From: an uncultured Verrucomicrobiae bacterium
Lineage (GTDB): Bacteria; Verrucomicrobiota; Verrucomicrobiia; Chthoniobacterales; JAATET01
Direction of reading: 5' to 3'
Assembly: GCA_963719495.1 (NCBI GenBank)
Contig: CAVRCI010000007.1
Span: 128,001-192,000, forward strand
Length of the DNA stretch: 64,000 bases
Shown here: one piece after another, positions 48,922 through 59,032 of the stretch
Position numbering within the stretch: position 1 is the stretch's first letter
Layout: every line of letters begins with the position of its first letter
Made by a program: the position numbers and the translations under genes
The notes under the pieces: model-generated
What the model was told of the DNA's origin: nothing
What the model saw: only the letters and a program-made list of their open reading frames with translations
Databases searched by the model: none

Positions 48922-50456
48922 TCCGTCTCCTTCCGCTCCTCGCCCTCCTCGCCACCGCCAGCCCCGCGTTCGCCGATCTCTCGACGCCGCCACCCGCCGC
49001 CAAAGAGGGCGAGGCTCCCACCATCCCAGTGACCGCGAGCCCAGCCCAGCCCACCGACCTCTCCGCCGATTCGTTCGTCCGCGTCAATTCGACCAACCAG
49101 CGCTTCAATTTCACCCGCCCCTGGGTCAAGCGTCCCGCCTACACCCGCCGCGGCACCGGCACGATCATCGCCGGCGGCGACGTCCTCGTCACCGCCGAGG
49201 TCATCGGCGACCACACTTACGTCGAACTCGAGCGCCCCTCCGACTCTGCGAAGACTCCCGCCGAGGTGCGTCTCGTCGACTACGAGGCCAACCTCGCCCT
49301 CCTCCGTCCCACGGACCCCGATTTTCTGAAAAATTCTCAACCGATCGACCTCGCGCCGCCCCTCGAAATCGGCGACGAGATCGAGATCGCCCAGATCGAG
49401 CGCAACGGCGCCGTCGCCGTCACCGGCGGTCTCCTCACCAGCGTCAACGTTTCGAGTTATCCCGTGGACGGCATTTACCTGCTTTCCTACGCGGTCAGCG
49501 CACCGCTCCAATACCGGGACAACAGCTTCACCGTCCCCGTCTTTCACGAAGACCAGCTCGCCGGCCTCCTGATGCGCTACGACTCCCGTTCGCAGACCGC
49601 GACCCTCCTCCCATCGCCCGTCATCCGCACGTTCCTCGACCGGGCCGCCCGGGACACCTACGAATCCTTCCCCCGCGCCGGCCTGGCGTTTTCGTCGACG
49701 CGCGATCCGCAATTCCGCCGCCACCTCGGCATGGCCGACTCCGACAGCGGAGTCTACGTTTCGGAAGTCCTCCACGGCAGTGCCGCGGAGAAAGCCGGAC
49801 TCGAAAAGGGCGACGTCATCCTCGCCGTCGACGACCGCGACCTCGACAACGACGGCAATTACGACGACGAGACCTTCGGCAAAATCTCCTTCGGCCACCT
49901 GGTCTCGAACGCCCCTCCCGACCGAGCCACCCTCCCCCTGACCCTTCTTCGCGACGAAACGAAGACCACGGTGGACCTCCCCCTCGGCCCGCGCGAACCC
50001 GGCTCCATCATCAGCGAAGCCTTCACCTACGACGAGCAACCGCCCTACCTCGTTCTCGGCGGCGTGGTTTTTCAGGAACTCTCCCGCCCCTACCTCGAGG
50101 AATGGGGATCGGATTGGCGCGGCAACGCTCCGCAGAAACTCGTCTACCTCGACGCCTTCCAGCAGGAACTCCCCGCCGACCGCGGCAAGATCGTCTTCGT
50201 CAGTCAGGTCCTCCCCAGCGACGCCACCCTCGGCTACGAAGACCTCGGCTCCATCGTCGTCGATAAAGTCAACGGCCAGCCCATCAAAAGCCTCGCCGAC
50301 GTCGCAGCCGCCATCGAAGAGCCGACGGACGGCTTCCAAAAAATCGAATTCACCTCCGACCCCGGAGTCATCTACCTCGACGCCAAGCAGATCGAAGCCC
50401 AATCGAGCCGACTCCAGCAAGCCTACGGCCTCCCCACCCTCCAAGAACTCAAATAG
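48918..50456 (+). CDS. Deg/HtrA paralogue predicted to be catalytically inactive
   Basis: Same architecture, but VTAEVI, ANLALL and DNSFTVP replace the triad motifs. Confidence 0.85.
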   Translation: MIRLLPLLALLATASPAFADLSTPPPAAKEGEAPTIPVTASPAQPTDLSADSFVRVNSTNQRFNFTRPWVKRPAYTRRGTGTIIAGGDVLVTAEVIGDHTYVELERPSDSAKTPAEVRLVDYEANLALLRPTDPDFLKNSQPIDLAPPLEIGDEIEIAQIERNGAVAVTGGLLTSVNVSSYPVDGIYLLSYAVSAPLQYRDNSFTVPVFHEDQLAGLLMRYDSRSQTATLLPSPVIRTFLDRAARDTYESFPRAGLAFSSTRDPQFRRHLGMADSDSGVYVSEVLHGSAAEKAGLEKGDVILAVDDRDLDNDGNYDDETFGKISFGHLVSNAPPDRATLPLTLLRDETKTTVDLPLGPREPGSIISEAFTYDEQPPYLVLGGVVFQELSRPYLEEWGSDWRGNAPQKLVYLDAFQQELPADRGKIVFVSQVLPSDATLGYEDLGSIVVDKVNGQPIKSLADVAAAIEEPTDGFQKIEFTSDPGVIYLDAKQIEAQSSRLQQAYGLPTLQELK

Positions 50457-50462
50457 CTCGAG

Positions 50463-50623
50463 GGAGCGGCGGCGTCCCGCCGCCGAAGTCGGGGAGCGCA
50501 CGCGTCCCCGCGTGCGAGCTGCGGCGTCCCGCCGCAGCGTCCGGCGACCCGCGCCAGCGGGATTCGAAGTCCTCGAGGAGCGGCGATCTGCAATCACCGA
50601 CCCATCCAAAACGGCGAAGCCGT
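50463..50623. repeat. Cluster of GGAG-headed REP-like palindromes
   Basis: GGAGcggcggcgtcccgccgccg, GGAGcgcacgcgtccccgcgtgcg, GGAGcggcgatctgcaatcaccg; relatives at 17054, 20176, 25257, 26911 and 26975. Confidence 0.8.
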
Positions 50624-50711
50624 CAAACCCCCTCACCCCACAACGACCACCCACCCCCCCCAGCCACCACCATTTGACCACCCCCCGCATCGTTGCTACC
50701 GTCCCGGCCAA

Positions 50712-51842
50712 ATGAAAGGCCAAGGCAAACGCATCCTCGTCGGCATGAGCGGCGGGGTCGACTCCAGCGTCACCGCCCACCTCCTGAAACAGGACGGTTG
50801 GGACGTCATCGGCGTCACCATGAAAGTCTGGCCGCAGGACTGCATCTCCCGCGCCGAGGACAAATGCTGCGGCCCCAGCGCCATCGCCGACGCCCGCAGC
50901 GTTGCGAATTCCCTCGGCATCCCCCACTACGTCGTCGACGAAGCCGACCAGTTCGAGCGCCTCGTCATCGATTACTTCTCGAGCGAATACCGCGCCGGCC
51001 GCACGCCCAACCCGTGCGTCATGTGCAACGAAAAGCTCAAGTTCGGTAACCTCTGGAAAAAAGCCGCCGCCCTCGGAGCCGAATACATCGCCACCGGCCA
51101 CTACGCCATCGTCGAGCACGACGGCCCCGACCCCGTCCTCCGTCGCGGACTCGACGACAAGAAAGACCAGTCCTACTTCCTCTTCAGCCTCCGCAAACAG
51201 CAGCTCGCCCGAGCCGTTACCCCGCTCGGCGGAATGACCAAACCCGAGATCCGCGCCATCGCCCGCGACCTCGGCCTCAGAGTCGCCGACAAGGTCGACA
51301 GCCAGGAGATCTGCTTCGTCCCCGGCAACGACTACAAGGCGTTCCTCCGCTCCCATCTCGGCGACACCGAATTCCACCGCGGCGGCATCTACGACACCGC
51401 CGGCAACCACATCGCCGACCACGAAGGCATCGAAATGTTCACCATCGGCCAACGTAAAGGCCTCCCCGGCGGCTCACCCCGCCCGATGTACGTCGTCGAC
51501 ATCGACCCCGAGCACTCCCGCGTCATCATCGGCACCGACGAGGAACTCACCCGCGAAAATTTCGAAATCGACAACGTCAACTGGCTCATCGACCCGCCCG
51601 CCAATCCGACCGAAGTCACCGTCAAGATTCGCTACGCCCACGCCGGCACCGCCGCCACGGTCGAACCGACCGAAGGCGGCGGCAACTACCGCGTCCGCCT
51701 GCACGAACCTCAGCGCGCCGTCACCCCGGGCCAGGCCGCCGTGCTCTATCAAGGCGACCGCGTCATCGGCGGAGGCTGGATTTGCCGCCAGGAAGCCACG
51801 GTCAAGCTCCATGCCGCTCCCGCCCCAGCCCTCGCCGCCTGA
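50712..51842 (+). CDS. mnmA: tRNA 2-thiouridine(34) synthase
   Basis: GMSGGVDSS, TPNPCVMCN, ATGHYA, KDQSYFL, DSQEICF, TIGQRKG, TPGQ. Confidence 0.97.
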   Translation: MKGQGKRILVGMSGGVDSSVTAHLLKQDGWDVIGVTMKVWPQDCISRAEDKCCGPSAIADARSVANSLGIPHYVVDEADQFERLVIDYFSSEYRAGRTPNPCVMCNEKLKFGNLWKKAAALGAEYIATGHYAIVEHDGPDPVLRRGLDDKKDQSYFLFSLRKQQLARAVTPLGGMTKPEIRAIARDLGLRVADKVDSQEICFVPGNDYKAFLRSHLGDTEFHRGGIYDTAGNHIADHEGIEMFTIGQRKGLPGGSPRPMYVVDIDPEHSRVIIGTDEELTRENFEIDNVNWLIDPPANPTEVTVKIRYAHAGTAATVEPTEGGGNYRVRLHEPQRAVTPGQAAVLYQGDRVIGGGWICRQEATVKLHAAPAPALAA

Positions 51843-52200
51843 CCCCACCATCTCGCTCGTTCTCTCGACGTTCGAGCGCGAGGAGGACGCCACCGAGATC
51901 ATCCGCGCCCTACTCCGCGAAGGCCTCATCGCCTGCGGCACCCTCCTCCGCAGCGCCCGCTCGATCTACGTCTGGGAGGACGATGTCCACGACACCCAGG
52001 AGATCCTCGTCCTCTGCAAAACCGCCACCGAACTCGCCAAAGCCGCCGCCGCCCGCCTCGCCGAACTCCATCCCTACGACGTTCCGGAAATCCTCGCTTT
52101 CACCACCCAGGCCAACCCACCCTACGCCGACTGGATCAACGCCTCCACGCGCCCCGGCAACCAATCGAAAATCGAAATTCGAGATTCGAAAATCCCATGA
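51811..52200 (+). CDS. cutA: Divalent-cation tolerance protein CutA
   Basis: LIACG, SIYVWE, LHPYDVPEI, YADWI. Confidence 0.9.
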   Translation: MPLPPQPSPPDPTISLVLSTFEREEDATEIIRALLREGLIACGTLLRSARSIYVWEDDVHDTQEILVLCKTATELAKAAAARLAELHPYDVPEILAFTTQANPPYADWINASTRPGNQSKIEIRDSKIP

Positions 52201-53018
52201 CTTTTCTCGATCAGATCCTCCGCGACGTCGCCGACGAACTCAGCACCAACAAGTCCCGCCGACCAGTCGCCGACATCCGCGCCCGCCTCGCCGACGCCCC
52301 ACCACCCCGCGACTTCGCCGCCGCCCTCGCCACCGACGATTTTGGCCTCATCGCCGAAATCAAAGAGCGCTCCCCCAGCGTCGGCCCGATGCGCGCCGCC
52401 AACGTCGCCGACGCGCCGTCCGCCTACGAAGCCAGCCCCACCGTCCGCGCCCTCTCCGTCCTCACCAACGAGCACCACTTCGGCATGACCATCGACCGTC
52501 TCGCCGCCATCCGCGCCGCCGTCACCAAGCCCGTCCTCCGCAAGGACTTCTTCATCGACGAATACCAGATCCGCGAAGCCCGCGCCTTTGGAGCCGACGC
52601 CATTCTCCTCATGGCCAACGTCCTCGACGCCGCCCGCCTTCGCGGTTTTCACGAGCTCGCCCAAGAACTCGGCCTCACCGCCCTCTTCGAAGTCCACACC
52701 TCCGAAGAAATCGACACCCTCCCGTCCGACGCGAAAGTCATCGGCATCAACAGCCGCAAATTCAAATCAACCACCGGATTCGTCGGCACCGAGGGCGAAT
52801 CGAAAGAAGATTTCAGTCTAGCCTTCGACGCTTTCGACCTCGTGACCGAACTCCCGAAAGACGCCATCAAAGTCGCCGAAAGCGGCCTCACCCCGGAAAA
52901 CCTCCCCACCATCCGCAACCGTTTCGACGCCGCCCTCATCGGCACGTCGCTTCTGCGCGACGAGCGCGGAATTCAAGCCGCGCTGGCCGAATTCGAAAGT
53001 CAGCTTGAAAGAAATTGA
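52197..53018 (+). CDS. trpC: Indole-3-glycerol phosphate synthase
   Basis: IAEIKERSPS, SVLTN, LRKDF, GADAILL, GINSR, VAESG. Confidence 0.93.
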   Translation: MTFLDQILRDVADELSTNKSRRPVADIRARLADAPPPRDFAAALATDDFGLIAEIKERSPSVGPMRAANVADAPSAYEASPTVRALSVLTNEHHFGMTIDRLAAIRAAVTKPVLRKDFFIDEYQIREARAFGADAILLMANVLDAARLRGFHELAQELGLTALFEVHTSEEIDTLPSDAKVIGINSRKFKSTTGFVGTEGESKEDFSLAFDAFDLVTELPKDAIKVAESGLTPENLPTIRNRFDAALIGTSLLRDERGIQAALAEFESQLERN

Positions 53019-53160
53019 AATTAGAAGTGATGAATTTGAAATGGCGCGGCCTTCGGCGAGCCGTTGAATGGGGTAAAGCCCCGTTGCCCCCCCAAACCCG
53101 CCCGAAGGGGTCGACATTTCTCACTCCCCATTTCAAATTTCAAATTCCCACCTTCACGCT

Positions 53161-54192
53161 GTGAAAGCCGACTTCCCGACCACCCCCGACGCTCTGAGCG
53201 GCACCCCCGACACCCCGTTCGACGTCTCGCTCCGCCCGCCCGCATTCGCCGAATTCGCCGGTCAGGAAAAAACCGTCGAGCGCCTGCAACTCATGGTCGA
53301 CGCGGCCCAGCAGCGTGACGACGTCCTCCAGCACATCCTCCTCTCCGGCCCCCCCGGCCTCGGCAAAACCTCGCTCGCCTACATCGTCGGCAACGCCGTC
53401 GGCGCGGACGTGAAGACAACCTCCGGCCCGACCATCGACAAAGCCGGCGACCTCGCCGGCCTCCTCACCAACCTCCAGCGCGGCGACGTCCTCTTCATCG
53501 ACGAGATCCACCGCCTCCAACCCACCATCGAAGAATACCTCTACCCGGCCATGGAGGACTTCCGAGTCGACATTCTCATCGACCAGGGCCCCAGCGCCCG
53601 CAGCATCCAGCTCCACCTCGCCAAGTTCACCCTCATCGGAGCCACCACCCGCAGCGGCATGATCAGCGCCCCGCTCCGCTCCCGCTTCGGCATGAACTGC
53701 CGCCTCGACTACTACTCCGCCGAGGCCCTCGCCATCATCATCGCCCGCAGCGCCGGGCTCATCGGCGTCGAAATCGACGACCCCGGATCCCTCGAGATCG
53801 CCCGCCGATCCCGCGGCACTCCCCGCATCGCCAACAACTACCTCCGCTGGGTCCGCGACTTCGCCCAGGTCCGCGCCGCCGGATTTATCGACCAACCCGT
53901 CGCCGCCCAGGCCCTCGAAATGCTCGACGTCGACGCCGAAGGCTTCGACGAGATGGACAAGCGCATCATCGAATCCATCATCACCAAATTCGACGGAGGC
54001 CCCGTCGGCCTCAACGCACTGGCCGTCTCCGCCGGAGAAGAACCCGGCACCCTCGAAGAGGTCCACGAGCCCTACCTCATCATGCAAGGCTTTCTCAAAC
54101 GCACCCCCCAAGGCCGAGTCGCCCTGGCCAAAGCCTACCGGAAAATCGGCCTCGACGCCCCCACCGCCGCGCCTCCCGAACTATTCGGATGA
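53161..54192 (+). CDS. ruvB: Holliday junction branch-migration helicase RuvB
   Basis: [38 protein letters not shown]. Confidence 0.98.
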   Translation: MKADFPTTPDALSGTPDTPFDVSLRPPAFAEFAGQEKTVERLQLMVDAAQQRDDVLQHILLSGPPGLGKTSLAYIVGNAVGADVKTTSGPTIDKAGDLAGLLTNLQRGDVLFIDEIHRLQPTIEEYLYPAMEDFRVDILIDQGPSARSIQLHLAKFTLIGATTRSGMISAPLRSRFGMNCRLDYYSAEALAIIIARSAGLIGVEIDDPGSLEIARRSRGTPRIANNYLRWVRDFAQVRAAGFIDQPVAAQALEMLDVDAEGFDEMDKRIIESIITKFDGGPVGLNALAVSAGEEPGTLEEVHEPYLIMQGFLKRTPQGRVALAKAYRKIGLDAPTAAPPELFG

Positions 54193-54454
54193 GTGAGCGC
54201 AAGGACCGGAAACAACGCCAAGAAGCTTAACGTTCAGAAAAGCGCGTCTCCGAAACCCCAAGCTCCCCCAAGCCCAAACCTGTCATGCTGAGCGAAGCGA
54301 AGCATCTCTGGCTTACACACTGCACTGAAGCTAGAAACCCCCGTAGAACTCCCCCTACGAAGAGTAACGTCCGCAGCCCCCTCAACCCCCTTGGCGGTCG
54401 CCCCATCCTTGGCGCGAAAACTCACCCACCCCCCCGCCCCCGCGTATCCGCGCG

Positions 54455-54970
54455 CTACTCCTTCCGCAGATACTCCTGCTTCGAAGCATTGTTATTCATC
54501 ACGTCCAGCACCCGCTGAGCATCCACCACGTCGTCGGTCAGGTAATCCAGATTCCCATCCGGCCCGATGATCGCAATCGCGAACCCACTCGGAATCTCAT
54601 ACAAAAACCCAACCCGAGGCCCATCGCCCACGACGACAAACGGAATGTTCGATCCCACCCGGCCACCCTCCTCGGTGAACGCCGCGAAGCAAACCAGCCC
54701 CTTGGAAGCCAGTCGCTGGTAGTCCGACTCCAGTTGCTTCACCTGCGAGCGAAACTTCCCGTTCTTCGGCGAAGGCGCGATCAGCAACACCACCGGCTGC
54801 CCCTCGAGCGACCGCAAAGACTTCGCCACACCCGCCGACGTCGCCCACGAGAAATCCGGAGCCAACCGCACCACCCTCGCGTCAGCCGTGCCGATCAAAG
54901 CCGCCGCGCCAACCAAACCCAACGCGGCCCGCCGAATCCCAAATCGAAAATCGAAAATCGAAAATTGCAT
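54455..54970 (-). CDS. Hypothetical exported protein (possible thioredoxin-like fold)
   Basis: Signal-like segment, APDFSW, PVVLLIAP, IIGPDG; directly downstream of frr. Confidence 0.65.
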   Translation of the reverse strand: MQFSIFDFRFGIRRAALGLVGAAALIGTADARVVRLAPDFSWATSAGVAKSLRSLEGQPVVLLIAPSPKNGKFRSQVKQLESDYQRLASKGLVCFAAFTEEGGRVGSNIPFVVVGDGPRVGFLYEIPSGFAIAIIGPDGNLDYLTDDVVDAQRVLDVMNNNASKQEYLRKE

Positions 54971-54972
54971 AC

Positions 54973-55533
54973 CTAAACCTTCATGATCTCGGCGTCCTTC
55001 GCCACGACCAGTTCATCGATTTTCTTGTTGAACCGATCCGTCAGTTTTTGGATGTCGTCCTCCGCCGTCAGCTTCTGATCCTCCGAGATCTCCGCCGCCT
55101 TCTGCCCCTTCTTCACCGTCTCCATCGAGTCCCGCCGACAACCGCGAATCCGCACCCGCGTCTCCTCGGCGATCCCCTTCACCATTTTCACGAGCTCCTT
55201 GCGACGCTCCTCGGTCAGCTCCGGAAACGGAATTCGAATGATCTTCCCGTCGACGACCGGATTGATCCCCAACCGCGACTCGTGAATCGCCCGCGCAATG
55301 TCCTTGATCGTCGTCGCGTCGAAAGGCTGAACCACGAGCAGACGCGGTTCCGGTGAGGAAATGACCGCGACCTGCTTCATCTTCATCGCCGTCCCGTAGG
55401 CTTCGACGTCCAGATTATCGATGAGCCCCGGCTGAGCCTTTCCCGTCCGGATCGCACCGAATTCGTGCGCCATGAACTCCAGCGATTTCTCCATCGCCTC
55501 CTCGGTTTCCAATAAAACTTCGTCCGTGTCCAT
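54973..55533 (-). CDS. frr: Ribosome recycling factor
   Basis: IRTGKA, LTEERRKEL, IQKLTD. Confidence 0.97.
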   Translation of the reverse strand: MDTDEVLLETEEAMEKSLEFMAHEFGAIRTGKAQPGLIDNLDVEAYGTAMKMKQVAVISSPEPRLLVVQPFDATTIKDIARAIHESRLGINPVVDGKIIRIPFPELTEERRKELVKMVKGIAEETRVRIRGCRRDSMETVKKGQKAAEISEDQKLTAEDDIQKLTDRFNKKIDELVVAKDAEIMKV

Positions 55534-55534
55534 G

Positions 55535-56290
55535 TCAGTGCGTCTCCGGTGATTCCGAGACCAGCGTGCCCACCTTGGCGCCCATCACGGCGCGGCGGAT
55601 ATTCCCGGTCTCAGCCATGTCGAAGACAATAATCGGCATCTTGTTGTCCATGCAAAGACTGAACGCCGTCGAATCCATCACCTGCAAGCGCCGACTCAGC
55701 GCGTCGGAATACGTGATGTGATCGAATTTCTTCGCGTCCGGATTCTTCATCGGGTCCGCGTCGTAGATCCCGTCGACCTTGGTCGCCTTGAGAATCACGC
55801 CCGCCCCGATCTCGTTCGCCCGCAGCGCCGCCGTGGTATCCGTCGAGAAAAACGGATTCCCCGTCCCGGCCACGAAGATCACCACGTGCCCGACCTCGAG
55901 GTGCCGCACCGCCCGCCGCAGAATGAACGGCTCCGCCACGTTGTTCATCTCGATCGCCGTCTGCACGCGCACCGACACACCGATCTCCTCCAGCCCACTC
56001 ATCAAAGCCATCCCGTTGATCACGGTCGCCAGCATCCCCATGTAATCCGCCGTCGTCCGGTTCATGCCACGGTGACTCGCCGCCAGACCGCGCCAGATAT
56101 TTCCGCCGCCGACCACGACCGCGACCTCGACGCCCATCTGGCGGATCTCGGCGATCTGCTTCGCCATATTGTGCACGATCTGGGGGGAAATACTGTCCCC
56201 GCTCCCGATCTCCCGGAGAGCCTCGCCACTAATTTTGAGAACGATTCGCCGGTAGCGCGGCGACGCGGAAAGTGGGTCGGAATCAGCCAT
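55535..56290 (-). CDS. pyrH: UMP kinase
   Basis: [34 protein letters not shown]; start ATG 56290. Confidence 0.98.
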   Translation of the reverse strand: MADSDPLSASPRYRRIVLKISGEALREIGSGDSISPQIVHNMAKQIAEIRQMGVEVAVVVGGGNIWRGLAASHRGMNRTTADYMGMLATVINGMALMSGLEEIGVSVRVQTAIEMNNVAEPFILRRAVRHLEVGHVVIFVAGTGNPFFSTDTTAALRANEIGAGVILKATKVDGIYDADPMKNPDAKKFDHITYSDALSRRLQVMDSTAFSLCMDNKMPIIVFDMAETGNIRRAVMGAKVGTLVSESPETH

Positions 56291-56426
56291 TTGCAAGCGC
56301 CGCGAATCCAACCCGAATCCCCCCACCAATGCAAATCCCAAAACCAAACCAGCGCGAAGCGCGCCCATTCGAGGGTAGGGAAGCCGCGCCGCCGGGTTCC
56401 GTCGACTTCACGAGCGACCTCCGCTT

Positions 56427-57002
56427 TCAGTCGGACCCCAGATCACTCACCGAGTTCAGATTCCGAAAAAGCCCCTCGTCATCCGCTGTCGTCACCCGAA
56501 TCCGCCCCAAACCGATCCCCCTCCGCACAAAACGCTGCACCGACGGATCCTTCCCCGCCGCCACCTCCACCGCCAAAGCCGCCAAAGCCATCGGGTAAAT
56601 CGCCGCCAAGCCCTCGAAATACCCACCCCGCTCCACGACCCTTCCCACTCCGGCCTCACTCTCCCGCACCAACCCTCCGAGAAATTCCGCGGTCATCCCG
56701 GGCAAATCCACCGCCAACACCACGACCCGTTCACACTTCGTGGCGGCCAAAGCCGCCGCGATCCCAGCCATCGGACCCACCGCTGCGGGATCGTCGCTCA
56801 CCAGCCGGACGTCCTCACCCCCGACGTCGAACTTCTCCCGCCGCCCGAAGCAGACCAATAATTCAGCGGGTTCCAACTCCTTGAGAATCCCCAACTGTCG
56901 CTTCCACAAAATTTGTCCCCGCCATTGCAGGAAAGCCTTATCGACCCCCATCCGCACCGACCGACCACCGACCAGCAGCGCCGCCGCCACGCTCCCGCTC
57001 AT
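56427..57002 (-). CDS. mobA: Molybdenum cofactor guanylyltransferase
   Basis: GGRSVRMGVDKA, GPMAGI, AVDLP, NLNS; start ATG 57002. Confidence 0.88.
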   Translation of the reverse strand: MSGSVAAALLVGGRSVRMGVDKAFLQWRGQILWKRQLGILKELEPAELLVCFGRREKFDVGGEDVRLVSDDPAAVGPMAGIAAALAATKCERVVVLAVDLPGMTAEFLGGLVRESEAGVGRVVERGGYFEGLAAIYPMALAALAVEVAAGKDPSVQRFVRRGIGLGRIRVTTADDEGLFRNLNSVSDLGSD

Positions 57003-57487
57003 CCCTCGCCGACCCGAATCACCCCGTCGTTCAAAATCCGCGCGCGCAAACCCCCGCGCCCCTTCAACGCCTTGAGCGCTCCCGGCCCGAATGCCGTGTC
57101 CATCCACTGACACGGAGCCGCCTCCTTCACCCCGAAAAACCGCACCCCGCCGACCTCGAATTCCTCGCCGGTCAGCTCACGCAAATCCCGGCCCCGCGTC
57201 AGCACGTTTCTGCGAAATACCTCCGGCCCCCGATCCCCCACCCCCAGCCGCTCGCACAGATCAGTCCACGTTTCGACCGCGAAGAAGGTCACCTGCCCGT
57301 CGTAACCATTCGGAAATTTCCGCGGTTTGAAGTCGAAAAACCGATCTCCGACCAGCCCCTTACCCTTCACGCAAGTCGCCGCGTCGACCGCGACCGACTC
57401 GTTCTCGCCCGGAGGTTTTCCGAAATGCCCGAAATAATTATGCGCGGGCGAAATCCAAATTTGTTCGATCACGAATCCAGCACTCAT
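56999..57487 (-). CDS. MOSC-domain protein
   Basis: GLVGDRF, FRRNV, PCQWMD, GRGGLRARIL; start ATG 57487. Confidence 0.88.
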   Translation of the reverse strand: MSAGFVIEQIWISPAHNYFGHFGKPPGENESVAVDAATCVKGKGLVGDRFFDFKPRKFPNGYDGQVTFFAVETWTDLCERLGVGDRGPEVFRRNVLTRGRDLRELTGEEFEVGGVRFFGVKEAAPCQWMDTAFGPGALKALKGRGGLRARILNDGVIRVGEG

Positions 57488-57628
57488 CCCCTCGATCCTA
57501 GCGTCCGCGCGGGACGAGTCCAACCTTCCGACCGCAGCATCGCGGAGTCCGGCGCCGGCTCCCCCACGAATTCCCGCACACTCCAAGGCAAAAAATTTGA
57601 TCCGCATCCCGCAACTCCCCGTATCCCG

Positions 57629-59032
57629 TTGATCTTGACCATCCTCCGCCCAGTAACCCAATCCCGGATCGCAGCCGCGACGCTGGGCGGGCTCATCGCT
57701 CTCTGGACGCTCGCCGGATGCGACCCCGGCACCCCTCCCGCCGACACCGCCGACGTTTCCGCGGCACCACGGATCGACCCACTCGCACTCGTCCTCTCCG
57801 AGCACACCGGCGACTCGATCGCCGACGAGGCGATCCGCCATCACCAAGACGAAATCCGCGCCAACACGCTCGTCGAAGCCAACCTCGAACGCCTCGGTTG
57901 GGCCTACGTCGCCAAGGAGCGCGAGACCTTCGACCCCGGTTACCACAAGCTCGCCGAAGCCTGCGCCCGCATTCTCGCCGACCGCGATCCGAACTCCGCC
58001 GAGGCCCTCCTCCTCCAAGGACACGTCGACCAGTGCCTCCACCGCTTCCACCAAGCCGAGATCCGCGCCCGTCGCCTCGTCGACCTCCGCGGCAACCCCT
58101 ACGACCACAGCCTCCTCGGCGACACGCTCATGGAGCAGGGCAAGATCGACGAGGCCATCCCGGTCTATCAGGAAGCGATCAACCTCCGACCCGATCTCCA
58201 GACCTACTCCCGCGCCGCGTACCTCCGCTGGATCCTCGGCAGCCCGGGGGGAGCCATCGAATTGATGCGCCTCGCCGTCGGAGCCAGCACCCCGTCGGAC
58301 CCGACCTCCCTCGCGTGGGCCACGACCCGCCTCGCAACCTTCCAATTCCAAACCAATCGCCTCGAACTGGCGGAACAGTCCAACGCCCAGGGCCTCGCCG
58401 TCCTTCCCGACTACGCACCCGCCCTCCTCCTCGAAGGCCGCATGCGCCTCGCCGCGGGCGACGCCACCGCGGCCCTCGAAAGCCTCTGCCCAGCCGCCAC
58501 CATCAACCCGCTGCCCGATGCCCAATGGACCCTCGCCGACGCCCTGCGCGAAACGGGCGCCACCGCCGAAGCCAAGCGGGTCGAAGCCGAAATCCTCGCG
58601 AACGGCGAACAAACCGATCCCCGCACCTTCGCCCTCTTCCTCGCCACCCGCGGTCTCCAACCCGCCACCGCCGTCCGCCTCGCCGGTGAGGAACTGAAGA
58701 ATCGGCAGGATATTTTCACCCACGACGCCTACGCCTGGGCCCTCGACGCCGCCGGTCGCACCAACGAAGCGCTCCCCCACCTCGACCGCGCCCTCGCGGA
58801 AGGCACCGAAGACGGCCGCCTCTACCTCCACGCTTCGGTCATCTTTTTCCACGCCGGCCGGCTCGCCGACGCGCAACGCTGGCACGACGCCACCTCCGAA
58901 ATCGCCCACACCCTCCTCCCTTCCGAACGTTCCCGCCTCTCCGAATTGGAGCGGGAACTCACCGCCACTCTCCCGCCTCCGGATTCACCCGAATACGGAT
59001 CACCGAAACCAAGCCACCAAACAAACTCATGA
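57629..59032 (+). CDS. TPR-repeat lipoprotein
   Basis: Lipobox LAGC; TPR-like helices (LGDTLMEQGKIDEAI; DAYAWAL...G); TTG start uncertain. Confidence 0.82.
   Translation: MILTILRPVTQSRIAAATLGGLIALWTLAGCDPGTPPADTADVSAAPRIDPLALVLSEHTGDSIADEAIRHHQDEIRANTLVEANLERLGWAYVAKERETFDPGYHKLAEACARILADRDPNSAEALLLQGHVDQCLHRFHQAEIRARRLVDLRGNPYDHSLLGDTLMEQGKIDEAIPVYQEAINLRPDLQTYSRAAYLRWILGSPGGAIELMRLAVGASTPSDPTSLAWATTRLATFQFQTNRLELAEQSNAQGLAVLPDYAPALLLEGRMRLAAGDATAALESLCPAATINPLPDAQWTLADALRETGATAEAKRVEAEILANGEQTDPRTFALFLATRGLQPATAVRLAGEELKNRQDIFTHDAYAWALDAAGRTNEALPHLDRALAEGTEDGRLYLHASVIFFHAGRLADAQRWHDATSEIAHTLLPSERSRLSELERELTATLPPPDSPEYGSPKPSHQTNS

Noticed and set aside
57488..58909. N-terminal extension of ORF 56999..58909
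   Set aside because: It is antisense to the TPR gene; only the C-terminal MOSC part is credible
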